This document shows, one piece after another, positions 22,986 to 31,963 of a DNA stretch of 33,313 nucleotides. The notes beneath the pieces were generated by a model that saw nothing but the letters and a program-made list of their open reading frames with translations, was not told the origin of the DNA and made no database searches. How positions within the stretch are numbered: position 1 is the first letter of the stretch; every line of letters starts with the position of its first letter. The stretch comes from a virus: IMG/VR virus record IMGVR_UViG_3300015201_000002, one strand, 5' to 3'. Made by a program: the position numbers and the translations under genes.

Positions 22986-24656
22986 ATGGCAGTATATGAT
23001 TTCATCAATCCTGAAACCTTCAATGAGCTTGAGTATCTAGCATCAGGTGGTTTACTAGGTAGGAGAGATCCTGCTCTTGGTAAAGACCTGATGCTAGCTC
23101 TTGCTGATCCTTCTATCGATGAATCTGTTAAGTCAGGATTCAGGCGTAAGCTTTGCAAATATGATCCTTTGATGTTTGCTCTATTGTACCTACGTAAGCA
23201 CATTAGTGATGCATATGGCAATGTGATCTTTGCTCAGTTCCATATCGATACCTATTCATGGGCTGCTGAGACATTACCTTATGCAGATAAGCTTGATATT
23301 GCTGATAAGAGAACAGCTTTCATTGCTCCACGTAAAGCAGGTAAATCAACTACCCTATTCGTTATCCTTCCTCTTTGGGCATTGGCTCATAGGCATAGGA
23401 AGTTTGTTACTGCTTATGGTGCAAGTGCTGAGCCTGTGCAGGATCACTTGAAGAATGTTAGACAGGAACTAGAGCTTAATGAATTGTTGAGGCTAGATCA
23501 TTCTGGCTTTGTTCAGGCTACTACATCTCGTGATTCTCTTTATTACACAGCCAAGACTAATGTAGCTATGAGTGCTAAAGGATTAGATAAGGCTACTCGT
23601 GGTCAGAAAGTAGAGAACCTTAGACCTGACTGGATTCTCTTTGATGATGTTGAGCTAGGTGAATCTAACTATTCTGACAAAGAAATTGAGAAGCGTAAGG
23701 TTACTATTCGTCAAGACATTATTGGTGGTGACCCATCTGCTGTTGTGTCCTTTGTAGGAACAGTGACAAGAGCCGGATCTATTATGCATGACATCTTGCG
23801 TACAGAGACAGAACATGCAGCTATCGATTGGGTAGCAGAGGATCAGATTAAGGCTCGCTATTATCCTGCACTTATCACATTAGACAATGGCGATAAGGTA
23901 AGCATGTGGAAGAATAACCCAGAACAGGAATGGTCTACTGAATGGATGCTTAGTGTAGAGAAGACTAACGCATTCCAGGTAGAGCGTATGAATAACCCTA
24001 TGGGTAAGCAAGGTAAGTACTGGTCTATGGATGACATTAAGATTGGTAGTTTAGATAATCCTGCTGGATCTCGTACAATTCTTATGGTTGATGGTGCTGT
24101 TACTACTAAGGACACATCAGACTATACAGGTATTGCAGTTATCCGTTACACACCTTCTCAGGTAATCGATGGTAAGAAGACATTACCTACTGCTGAGGTT
24201 TTATTTGCTAAGCATTATAAGTTAGTTAATGAGGATCTACAGAAAAAGGTAGTTCAAATCATCAGTGAGTTTGCAGTAAAGGGAATTTATATCCGTTATG
24301 TTAGAACAGAAGTGAATAATGGTGGAGATTTGTGGGGTAAGCCTCACAAGCCTAATGATCCTCGCAGTAAATCAGGAGTATTCTCTAATCTCCCTGAAGG
24401 CGTAGGGCTTATGGTTGCTAATACAAGCGATAAGAAGGAAGTGAAGTTTGCTAAGGCACATGACCTTTATCAGAAGCCTGGTGTGCAAATTCTTCACGCT
24501 GAATCTTTTGGTGATTTAGAGCGAGAGCTTATTGAATTCCCTAAAGCTAAGAATGATGACATAGCTGATGCTGTAGTAATGGGACTTCTGTATTTCCTAG
24601 AAAAGAAGCCTAGTAAGAAGATCAGAACTGATTCTACAGAGTATAGCTACCTGTAG
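22986..24656 (+). CDS. terL: Terminase large subunit (556 aa)
   Basis: Walker A is FIAPRKAGKST and Walker B is DWILFDDVE. The C-terminal nuclease-like acidic motifs are ILMVDGA and KNDDIADAV. The gene lies between terS and the portal gene. Confidence 0.9.
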   Translation: MAVYDFINPETFNELEYLASGGLLGRRDPALGKDLMLALADPSIDESVKSGFRRKLCKYDPLMFALLYLRKHISDAYGNVIFAQFHIDTYSWAAETLPYADKLDIADKRTAFIAPRKAGKSTTLFVILPLWALAHRHRKFVTAYGASAEPVQDHLKNVRQELELNELLRLDHSGFVQATTSRDSLYYTAKTNVAMSAKGLDKATRGQKVENLRPDWILFDDVELGESNYSDKEIEKRKVTIRQDIIGGDPSAVVSFVGTVTRAGSIMHDILRTETEHAAIDWVAEDQIKARYYPALITLDNGDKVSMWKNNPEQEWSTEWMLSVEKTNAFQVERMNNPMGKQGKYWSMDDIKIGSLDNPAGSRTILMVDGAVTTKDTSDYTGIAVIRYTPSQVIDGKKTLPTAEVLFAKHYKLVNEDLQKKVVQIISEFAVKGIYIRYVRTEVNNGGDLWGKPHKPNDPRSKSGVFSNLPEGVGLMVANTSDKKEVKFAKAHDLYQKPGVQILHAESFGDLERELIEFPKAKNDDIADAVVMGLLYFLEKKPSKKIRTDSTEYSYL

Positions 24657-24658
24657 AC

Positions 24659-24685
24659 TTTTCTGACTAACAACATTAACCCTAG
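24659..24685 (+). repeat. 27-bp motif copy 7 (consensus)
   Basis: It starts 2 nt after the terL stop TAG 24654..24656, between terL and the portal gene. Confidence 0.95.
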
Positions 24686-24722
24686 TAAGTTAACTAGCCG
24701 TCCTACAGAAGGGGCTGAGTAT

Positions 24723-26258
24723 ATGAGTATCACTGACGTAGTGCACGGTGTAATGGCACTAGATAATGCAAGGAGCAAATACATTGAAGCTGAGGAAATG
24801 TTCAATGGAACTGCTCAGGAATTCTTTACTACAACTCAAATTGAACGTGAAGTGGCTAAGACTGGTTCTATGGGAAGAGTAAACCTCGTAAAGAGAATTA
24901 CTACTACCGTAGCCAATCGTATTAAGCTCGCTGCCGTATCTGTTCCTGATGGTGGTGAACAGGTCAATTCACTTCTAGATTTTATCCGTGAAGCAAACAA
25001 CATGGATATTTATGAGAAGACTTTAATTAAGAAGACACTTATGTATGGAGACTCTTACATTTCTATTTGGAATGTAGATGAAGAGGATCTTACTGAAGAT
25101 GAAGCTATGCGTGAAGCAGGTGTAAGCCTTAGCTACAATTCACCTCTATGTATGCGAATGATCTATGATCCTACCAATGAACGTAAGGCAATGTATGCAA
25201 TTAAGTCATGGAAGGAAGATAAATTAAGAAGGGCTGATCTTTATTTCCGTGATCGTGTAGAGCGCTACATTACCAAAGATGAGAATCTAGATGGACATAA
25301 GCCTGAGCATTGGGTTACTTATGATGAGGATGTTCTTGATCCTATGTCAGGAGAATTCACATCTGATAATGGAATTATGTTCCATGAATTCGGGGAGATT
25401 CCTGTTATCCACTTTAGGACAGACCTAACTTATGGAAATCCTGAGGCTATTGATGGTTATTCTTTGCAGCGTGCTATTAATAAGGCTCTTGTAACTCTCG
25501 TAGCTACTATTGAGCGTACAGGATATCCTGTAAGACTTATGCTTATGTATCCTGAAGCTATTCTAGATGATAGTAGTGAGGTAGATCCTGATTGGGAGTT
25601 AGATGAAGAAGTTCCTACTGCTCCCGTAATTCCTCAGACTCCTGCTACTGATAGACCAGGAACTATGCGCAAAGAACGTGGAGTAAAGGATATTAAGGAA
25701 TTTGCACCAGGGCAGCCTAGTGTATTCCTTGATCCTATTATGGCGTTCATTAAGCTTATGGCTTTGGCTACTGAGACTCCAGCTTATGAGCTTAACCCTG
25801 ATGGTAATCAGCCATCAGGAGAGGCACGTAGACAAGCTGACAAGCCGCTAGAGGCAAAAGTAATTGATAGGCAGACATTCTTGAAGGGTCCATTTAGTAA
25901 CCTATACAGACTCGCTCTGAAGGCTGTTGATGTAGTAGTTCGTAAGGTTGATATTCAGTGGGCTCCTACTTCACCTATCAACGATGCTGAAGGTTGGGCA
26001 ACTATTGCAGCTAAGCAGGATGCAGGCGTTCCTGTAGCTCAGACTTTGGCTGAGGCTGGATATAGTGAAGACCTTATTGCTGAATGGACTGACAATGTAG
26101 CTGAGGCTACAACCCTTTCTGAGAAGCTTGAGTATCTATCAAAGATTTCTCTAGCATTGAAGGATATGGGAACAGCATCTACTCTCGGAGTTATTTCTCC
26201 TGAGCAGATTGAAGCTATTGTAGAGTCTCTTATTGCTTCTCTAGAGTCAGATCAGTAG
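24723..26258 (+). CDS. Portal protein (511 aa)
   Basis: The size and its position directly after terL fit a portal. The C-terminus is acidic. GAAGGGGCTGAGTAT precedes the ATG. Confidence 0.85.
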   Translation: MSITDVVHGVMALDNARSKYIEAEEMFNGTAQEFFTTTQIEREVAKTGSMGRVNLVKRITTTVANRIKLAAVSVPDGGEQVNSLLDFIREANNMDIYEKTLIKKTLMYGDSYISIWNVDEEDLTEDEAMREAGVSLSYNSPLCMRMIYDPTNERKAMYAIKSWKEDKLRRADLYFRDRVERYITKDENLDGHKPEHWVTYDEDVLDPMSGEFTSDNGIMFHEFGEIPVIHFRTDLTYGNPEAIDGYSLQRAINKALVTLVATIERTGYPVRLMLMYPEAILDDSSEVDPDWELDEEVPTAPVIPQTPATDRPGTMRKERGVKDIKEFAPGQPSVFLDPIMAFIKLMALATETPAYELNPDGNQPSGEARRQADKPLEAKVIDRQTFLKGPFSNLYRLALKAVDVVVRKVDIQWAPTSPINDAEGWATIAAKQDAGVPVAQTLAEAGYSEDLIAEWTDNVAEATTLSEKLEYLSKISLALKDMGTASTLGVISPEQIEAIVESLIASLESDQ

Positions 26259-26261
26259 AAG

Positions 26262-26288
26262 TTTTCTGACTAACAACATTAACCCTAG
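26262..26288 (+). repeat. 27-bp motif copy 8 (consensus)
   Basis: It starts 3 nt after the portal stop TAG 26256..26258. It is followed by TATATAA. Confidence 0.95.
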
Positions 26289-26338
26289 TATATAACAGAT
26301 GGACAGCAGAGTAAGTTATGAGAGAGGAATATTAAATT

Positions 26339-27325
26339 ATGACTTCACCTATAAACTCTCTCATAACTTCTCAAGAGGATAAAGTATCCGAGGTATATGA
26401 GAGTAGTACACTTAAGCTTGTCAGCTCTATTGTTGAGCAGGTACAGAAAGTTATTGCAGATATTCTTATTGCTGAGGGAAGACTTAGTGATGAGGAATTA
26501 AAGCTTAGGGTTATTGAAATTGTCTCTAATCTTAAGCCTATATTATCTAAGAAACCACTAGTATCTGCTGTACTTGAAGGATTGAACTTAGGAATTGCTC
26601 AGGCTGGATTGTATGAGGATATGACTAAGCCTGTAGTTAAAGCAAAAGATGCTAAGGCAATCGCTAATGATGTAGCTGATTATAGTAAAATCATTTCTTC
26701 TGCTGCTAAGGATGCTTTGAATCTCGCTAAGAAACTTCCTATGGATGGTACCTACATTGATACAGTCCTAGGCAAAGTTAAACAGGTTGAGAACAAAGCT
26801 ACTCGTGCAGCAGCAACCCTAGCTAATAGGGCACAGGCTGAAGGAACAATACTTGCAGCTAAAGCTAATAACACAAAACTTGTATGGGTTAATGAGAATA
26901 AAGCATGTCTTCATTGTCTAGCTTATGCAGGTCGTGTAGTTAGTCCTGATAAGCCTTTTGGAGATCATTCATACGATCCTAAAGGACTTAATACTGAAGG
27001 CTTGCAGCTAGAAAATCCTGATGGTGTGAAAGGTCCACCACTTCATCCTCATTGCAGATGTCGATTGAGGATATGGGATGGTCCTGATCCTAGAAAGCCA
27101 GAGGATATTCCTACTAAGAATAATGAAGTTACCTTCCCTGAAGCGTTGCAGCGTGAAGCACGTAGAGCAGTGTTGAGAGGTGACTCAGATTATGACTCTC
27201 TGCCTACAAGAATTAAGGCAGCAGATAAGCTACTTGCTATTGGCGCTAATCTTCCTAAGACAGTTGAGAAGAGAGCAGCTATAGCAGTAACAAAGGGAGA
27301 GTTCCCTAACCGTGTCGGTAATTAA
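26339..27325 (+). CDS. MuF / SPP1 gp7-like head morphogenesis (minor capsid) protein (328 aa)
   Basis: CLHCLAYAGRVV...GPPLHPHCRCRL matches the Phage_Mu_F signature (C..C...G....PP.HP.CRC). It is positioned after the portal gene. Confidence 0.85.
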   Translation: MTSPINSLITSQEDKVSEVYESSTLKLVSSIVEQVQKVIADILIAEGRLSDEELKLRVIEIVSNLKPILSKKPLVSAVLEGLNLGIAQAGLYEDMTKPVVKAKDAKAIANDVADYSKIISSAAKDALNLAKKLPMDGTYIDTVLGKVKQVENKATRAAATLANRAQAEGTILAAKANNTKLVWVNENKACLHCLAYAGRVVSPDKPFGDHSYDPKGLNTEGLQLENPDGVKGPPLHPHCRCRLRIWDGPDPRKPEDIPTKNNEVTFPEALQREARRAVLRGDSDYDSLPTRIKAADKLLAIGANLPKTVEKRAAIAVTKGEFPNRVGN

Positions 27326-27357
27326 GTTCCGTGTCGGAACAGATGGAGGAAGTAAAG

Positions 27358-27891
27358 ATGGCTACAGATAACGATAATCCAGAGGTAGAAGAGCCTGAAG
27401 TAGAAGCCGAAGAGGAATCTACAGAAGAGGTAGAGCCTACTGTAGAAGAGCTAAAGGCTCAAATTGCAGAGAAGGATAAAGCCCTTAAGAAGGCTAACGC
27501 AGAGCGCACACGTCTAGGTAAGAAGCTTAAAGAAGTTCCTAAGCCTGAGGACAAGGAAGCTGCTCCTGAACTATCTGATAAGGCTAAGCGTGCTCTTGCT
27601 GTTTCATATCTTCGTACAGAAGGACTTAATGACGTACAGGCTAAGAAGTTTGCTAAGCTAATCGATCTTGAAGATATTGAAATCGATGATGATGGTGACC
27701 TTACTGGAATTGACCTTGATGAATTGAAGGAAGATTTTCCTGAGTTGTTTGTAAAATTTAACAGCAGTAACCCACCTAAAAAGAATGGTGGACGTAAGCC
27801 TGATACAGGTGATAAGTCAGACAATTCTAATCCTCCATCTGGTTTAAGCGAGGCATCTAAAAGAATGCTGAAACTTGCCGGTAGGAAGTAA
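27358..27891 (+). CDS. Scaffolding protein (177 aa)
   Basis: GGAGGAAGTAAAG precedes ATG 27358; alternative in-frame starts are 27331 and 27343. The protein is very acidic, Lys/Glu-rich and coiled-coil. It lies directly upstream of the capsid gene. Confidence 0.7.
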   Translation: MATDNDNPEVEEPEVEAEEESTEEVEPTVEELKAQIAEKDKALKKANAERTRLGKKLKEVPKPEDKEAAPELSDKAKRALAVSYLRTEGLNDVQAKKFAKLIDLEDIEIDDDGDLTGIDLDELKEDFPELFVKFNSSNPPKKNGGRKPDTGDKSDNSNPPSGLSEASKRMLKLAGRK

Positions 27892-28088
27892 CCGATAAGT
27901 AATAACAATAGACTTCTTTCCGTGTCGGAAAGAGACTCCGCAATTAGCGCATAGGATAATCCGAGTCGGGCTATTCTAGCAAGATTGCATTTCAGCCCTT
28001 TGTCAGGGCGTTTTAAATTAATTCGCCAATATTGGCAATGGGCTATATGAATGCCCATATCCAGTGCCTAATACTAAGGAGATTTATA

Positions 28089-29048
28089 ATGGCACGTGAA
28101 ACTTATGAAAACTGGATTCCTGATGAGGTTGCTGCCTCTGTTATCCAGGTAGCAGACAAGGGTTCTGCTGTAGAGCTAGCTGCTCGTACTGAAGTAATGG
28201 CATCAGACCTTAAGCGTGTTCCTCGTTCAGGTGGATTCACTGTAGGAACTGTAGCTAAGGGTGGTACTTATTCAGAGTCTACTTCAACCAACGATTACGT
28301 AGAGCTTATTGCTCGTAAGATCGGTGGAATTGAGCGTATCGCAGTTGAGGATCTTGTAGATACTACAATCGATCCTCTAGCTGTAAAGCGTGTAGATGCT
28401 GCTTACGCTATGGGTAAGTTCTTCGACAACGCAGCTCTAGGAACTAAGGTTGTTGCTAACGGTACTACTGTTCCATTCAACTCAGTTTACTACACAGTAA
28501 CTCAGGCTGATGCAGCAGTTGGATATACCGCTAACGCTAACCTAAAGGCTACTGCTGGTGCTCTAACTTACGCAAAGCTTGTAGAAACTATTAGCGCTGT
28601 TGGTGCTGGTGACTGGGGTTCTGACCTAGTAATCATCGCTCACCCAACCTTCCGTTTCGAGACTCTTGGAATTACAGGAAACAACGTTCCTCTTATTGAC
28701 AATGCTCTTACTGGTGGATGGGAAGGACGTACCCTACTAGGTGTTCCTGTTCTATGGAGCCAGGGTGCAAAGGTTTCTGCTACTGCATCTGGTGCTTCTG
28801 GTTCTGGTACTCCTGGTGTTGCTGGTACAAACGGTAACCCTCTATTGATCGTTGCTAACCGCAGCCTTCTAATTAAGGGTGTTGCTAACCTTCCTGGTGT
28901 ATCTAATGGTGCTCCAGGATTCAGCTTCCAGGACGTAAACGATGGTGCTGGTTACCTTACTGATGAAAGCTTGATGAAAGCTGCAATGAGGCGAGGATTT
29001 GCTGTAGGAAACGTAAACGGTGTAGCTGTACTTGAGCGCACTGCCTAA
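28089..29048 (+). CDS. Major capsid protein (319 aa)
   Basis: TAAGGAGATTTATA precedes ATG 28089. Position after the scaffold gene, a long structured leader, strong codon bias (GCT/GGT/GTT/ACT) and a strong hairpin immediately downstream all fit a major capsid protein. The HK97 fold is inferred from gene order only. Confidence 0.85.
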   Translation: MARETYENWIPDEVAASVIQVADKGSAVELAARTEVMASDLKRVPRSGGFTVGTVAKGGTYSESTSTNDYVELIARKIGGIERIAVEDLVDTTIDPLAVKRVDAAYAMGKFFDNAALGTKVVANGTTVPFNSVYYTVTQADAAVGYTANANLKATAGALTYAKLVETISAVGAGDWGSDLVIIAHPTFRFETLGITGNNVPLIDNALTGGWEGRTLLGVPVLWSQGAKVSATASGASGSGTPGVAGTNGNPLLIVANRSLLIKGVANLPGVSNGAPGFSFQDVNDGAGYLTDESLMKAAMRRGFAVGNVNGVAVLERTA

Positions 29049-29058
29049 TCAAAATATA

Positions 29059-29116
29059 AGGTAGGTACTAGGGTTAATGTTGTTAGTCAGAAAACTTTTG
29101 ATCCTAGTACCTACCT
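29059..29116 (+). terminator. 14-bp perfect hairpin after the capsid gene, carrying motif copy 9 in its loop
   Basis: AGGTAGGTACTAGG (29059..29072) pairs with CCTAGTACCTACCT (29103..29116). The loop is 30 nt, and CTTATTCC follows. Confidence 0.65.
29068..29094 (-). repeat. 27-bp motif copy 9 (consensus, inverted)
   Basis: The + strand reads CTAGGGTTAATGTTGTTAGTCAGAAAA. It lies within the hairpin after the capsid gene. A 32-bp stretch is identical to copies 8 and 10. Confidence 0.95.
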
Positions 29117-29140
29117 CTTATTCCTTAAGGAGGAATTGAA

Positions 29141-29521
29141 ATGGCTAAGGACGTTAAGCCTAAGGCAAATGCACCTCTAACAGAGGCTAAGCTAAACGAA
29201 AACAAGACTACTGTTGATTATGTAGCTGCTCGTTCAACTGATGGTTCAGAAGGTACACGTTACAAGAAGGTATTTGTTATTCAGGCTGTTCCTTCATGGG
29301 ACGAAATCAAGTTTGATCACGAACCTAATCTTGTAGGTACTCTTTCTGAGGCACTTGTACGAGGACTTCACCCGCTAGGTGAGGCTACCTTTGAAGGCGC
29401 AGAAGTTCAGGCAGATGGTGTAAGCGTTGAGCTTACTTATTCTGTCAACGTAAAGCCTGTAGAGGACAACCCTACTGGTGCAGAAACTCTAGCTCCTTCA
29501 GAATCAAAGCACATTAACTAA
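29141..29521 (+). CDS. Hypothetical head-associated protein (126 aa)
   Basis: AAGGAGGAATTGAA precedes the ATG. The call rests on its position between the capsid and connector genes. Confidence 0.6.
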   Translation: MAKDVKPKANAPLTEAKLNENKTTVDYVAARSTDGSEGTRYKKVFVIQAVPSWDEIKFDHEPNLVGTLSEALVRGLHPLGEATFEGAEVQADGVSVELTYSVNVKPVEDNPTGAETLAPSESKHIN

Positions 29522-29537
29522 TTGAGAGGCGGCTGTT

Positions 29538-29999
29538 ATGGCTTGGTTTACAAATAAGGCTGAGGCAGCCGCTCTTATTTCTGTCGATCCTTCAACAATT
29601 ACTGATGCTAATTACGCTATGGCAATTTCTGCTGTAGAGGCATTCATTAATCGTGAAGTTGAGGATATTCCCTCTATCGATACTAGGGATTTCCGCAGAA
29701 TTAAGAAGGCTATGGCATGGCAAATGCTATTCTTAGCTGATCAGCCTGATTATGGATATAGGACTTTGATTGAATCTGCTTCCGCTGATGGTCAGCAATT
29801 TACTATGGTAAATGCTGCTGGTGGAGGTGTAGATATTGCAGCTCAAATGCTCCATCCTCTAACTATTAGGTATTTACGTAACCTTTCATGGAAGCGTAAT
29901 CCTGTAACTGAGGATCAGGCAGCATTGCTTGCACAAGCATATAGGAATTTCTTGAATGAATCTTCCGATAGTTATACACGTTGGGAGAAGCTTTCATGA
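29538..29999 (+). CDS. Head-tail connector / adaptor protein (153 aa)
   Basis: Position and an N-terminal pattern typical of gp6-like connectors (..A.AALISVDPSTITDANYAMAISAVEAFINREV). Confidence 0.6.
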   Translation: MAWFTNKAEAAALISVDPSTITDANYAMAISAVEAFINREVEDIPSIDTRDFRRIKKAMAWQMLFLADQPDYGYRTLIESASADGQQFTMVNAAGGGVDIAAQMLHPLTIRYLRNLSWKRNPVTEDQAALLAQAYRNFLNESSDSYTRWEKLS

Positions 30000-30331
30000 G
30001 AAGCCTAGCTAATACTACTGTTCAAATTGAGGGTGCAATAGTTCTGGATGAGTATGGTGATCCGGTAGGAGATTCAGATCCTATTGGTAATCCTATTCCA
30101 GTCTCTCTTATCGAGAAAAGGCAGTTGGTTGCAGAACCTTCAGATAATAAAACAATAACTTACGTTCGATATGCTGTAATGAGATGCAAACCTAATTCAG
30201 GAATCGAACAGGATCAAATCGTAAGGGATCTCAAGACTGATATTCGTTGGGTTGTAGCTGAGGTTACTCAGTTATTCAATCCGATGACAGGTATGGATCT
30301 AAGATGTCAATTAAATAGGATATCTAACTGA
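29996..30331 (+). CDS. Head closure / head-tail joining protein (111 aa)
   Basis: ATG 29996 overlaps the upstream TGA (ATGA). The call rests on position. Confidence 0.5.
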   Translation: MRSLANTTVQIEGAIVLDEYGDPVGDSDPIGNPIPVSLIEKRQLVAEPSDNKTITYVRYAVMRCKPNSGIEQDQIVRDLKTDIRWVVAEVTQLFNPMTGMDLRCQLNRISN

Positions 30332-30400
30332 TGACTAAAGAATTCGACAAGAATTCTGCAATACTTTTTCCCGTAACTGACGAAGGCGGGGTGATTAACA

Positions 30401-30784
30401 ATGGCAAAAGATAAGTTTGAACTAGACCTTAATGGCATAGTTCAAATCGAGCACAGCTCAGCAGATGCAGTAAAACTCATTCTTGAGGATATTGCTGATG
30501 ATGCTAGGAGATTAGTTCCTAAGGATACTATGGAGCTACATGACTCTATTGAAGTTGTGCACAGAGAAGGCGAACTAACTGGATCTGTTGTAGTAGGTAC
30601 CGATCATTGGGCTCCTACTGAATATGGTTCTGAGCCTCACATTATCGAAGCTAATGGCGATTACTCTCTATCCGATGGAACAGGAGAGTATTACGGCAGA
30701 ATTGTTAATCACCCTGGAACGCCTGAGCAACCTTTCATGAGACCAGCTCTCTATAAGAAAAGGAAGCTTAAAGGTTCTCCCTAA
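30401..30784 (+). CDS. HK97 gp10-like neck / tail-completion protein (127 aa)
   Basis: PKDTMELHDSIEV....TEYGSEPH....HPGTPEQPFMRPAL matches the gp10-family pattern (.dTG.L..si......yvE.G.....a.PFlrPA). Confidence 0.7.
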   Translation: MAKDKFELDLNGIVQIEHSSADAVKLILEDIADDARRLVPKDTMELHDSIEVVHREGELTGSVVVGTDHWAPTEYGSEPHIIEANGDYSLSDGTGEYYGRIVNHPGTPEQPFMRPALYKKRKLKGSP

Positions 30785-30829
30785 AGTCAGCTACGGGATA
30801 TTTTTATGTCCAGAAAGGTAGGTGAATTA

Positions 30830-31306
30830 ATGGCAGATTTATTGCCAAACGCAGAGACGGTAGTAGTAAGTTATCTTAAGGCTATTAATGTTATTGGTAA
30901 TAATGTTGCTACTGATCTGCCTGGTCCTGATGGAAGTGGTAATTACGCTTGGCAAGATACCGGTTTCATTCGAGTAGGTAGCATTTTTGAAGATATTAAT
31001 TACTACACAACCAGGCGTGAAGCTGTAGCAACTCTTGAATGTATTGCATTTACTCCAAATGCAAGTAAGCCACCTTATCCTAAAGCTAATCTTATTGCTG
31101 AGAAGGTTGTTAATTCAACGTTACCTAACCAGCATTTTAATGTGCTAAAGGGGAAGTTGGAATTACCTTCTAGGTATTATCCTGCAAGTGTATTAGAAGC
31201 AACAATAGCCGTAGGTCCAAGACGAGACTTTAGGCTAGTACAAGATAATCGTGCCATCTATATGGTCGATCTTAGAATTATATGGGTAGCTCTACCCAAC
31301 TCCTAA
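30830..31306 (+). CDS. Tail terminator-like protein (158 aa)
   Basis: I prefer ATG 30830 (AAAGGTAGGTGAATTA upstream) to 30806. It is the last gene before the major tail protein. Confidence 0.5.
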   Translation: MADLLPNAETVVVSYLKAINVIGNNVATDLPGPDGSGNYAWQDTGFIRVGSIFEDINYYTTRREAVATLECIAFTPNASKPPYPKANLIAEKVVNSTLPNQHFNVLKGKLELPSRYYPASVLEATIAVGPRRDFRLVQDNRAIYMVDLRIIWVALPNS

Positions 31307-31326
31307 CATGAAATGAGGAATTAACT

Positions 31327-31911
31327 ATGGCTAACGCAGGAAACTTGCTAGTCTCTAATGCAAAGATTTGGGTAGCTCCTTATGGTTCAACCCTTCCAGC
31401 ATTCACTGAGACTGCTCTTCTAGCTAACCCTGCTTCACCTTTCGTAAGTCCTGGCTTTACTAATGGTGGAGTTACTTGGAATGTCGAAAATGACTTTACT
31501 GAGTATCGTGCAGATCAGGTAAAGAACTCTCTTGGTGCCGCTAATACAGACCAGACAATTACTGTAGAGATGACACTAGCTGAGGTAACTCTAGCTAACC
31601 TTGCATATGCTCTTGCTGATGGAACTGTAGATGCAACTCTTGATACAAACAAGATCACTAAGTTCACACCAGCAGCATCAAATGATTTCCAGATGCCTTA
31701 TATGACTCTGATCCTAGATACAGATGCTCCATCTGGTCTACAGGGTGTTAACAAGCGTCGTAGAATCATCTTCAAGCGTTGCCTTCCTACATCAGGTACA
31801 GAACTTGCTTATGGTCGTGAGGACCAGCAGGGATTACCTGTAACTTGGACTGTATACGGTATTGATGAGACTACTGCACTATACGAAATCTACGAGCAGA
31901 CTGCTGCTTAA
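31327..31911 (+). CDS. Major tail protein (194 aa)
   Basis: GAGGAATTAACT precedes the ATG. The gene sits immediately before the chaperone pair, has strong codon bias and is followed by a strong terminator. Confidence 0.75.
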   Translation: MANAGNLLVSNAKIWVAPYGSTLPAFTETALLANPASPFVSPGFTNGGVTWNVENDFTEYRADQVKNSLGAANTDQTITVEMTLAEVTLANLAYALADGTVDATLDTNKITKFTPAASNDFQMPYMTLILDTDAPSGLQGVNKRRRIIFKRCLPTSGTELAYGREDQQGLPVTWTVYGIDETTALYEIYEQTAA

Positions 31912-31920
31912 GTTTAATTA

Positions 31921-31954
31921 TTGCAGGGCTATTCATACTTGGGTAGCCCTGCAA
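31921..31954 (+). terminator. Stem-loop terminator after the major tail gene
   Basis: TTGCAGGGCTA (31921..31931) pairs with TAGCCCTGCAA (31944..31954), giving an 11-bp perfect stem and a 12-nt loop. Confidence 0.75.
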
Positions 31955-31963
31955 GTATACGTA

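Noticed and set aside
27459-28058. 199-aa minus-strand ORF opposite the scaffold gene
   Set aside because: It is the Ser/Leu/Phe-rich mirror of a Glu/Lys/Ala-rich coding strand. It has no start context and would run against the whole late operon.
30331-30414. 27-codon ORF (MTKEFDKNSAILFPVTDEGGVINNGKR) filling the gap between 30331 and 30401
   Set aside because: The ATGA overlap with the upstream stop is suggestive, but the ORF is very short and overlaps the start of the gp10-like gene. It cannot be supported without comparative or proteomic data.
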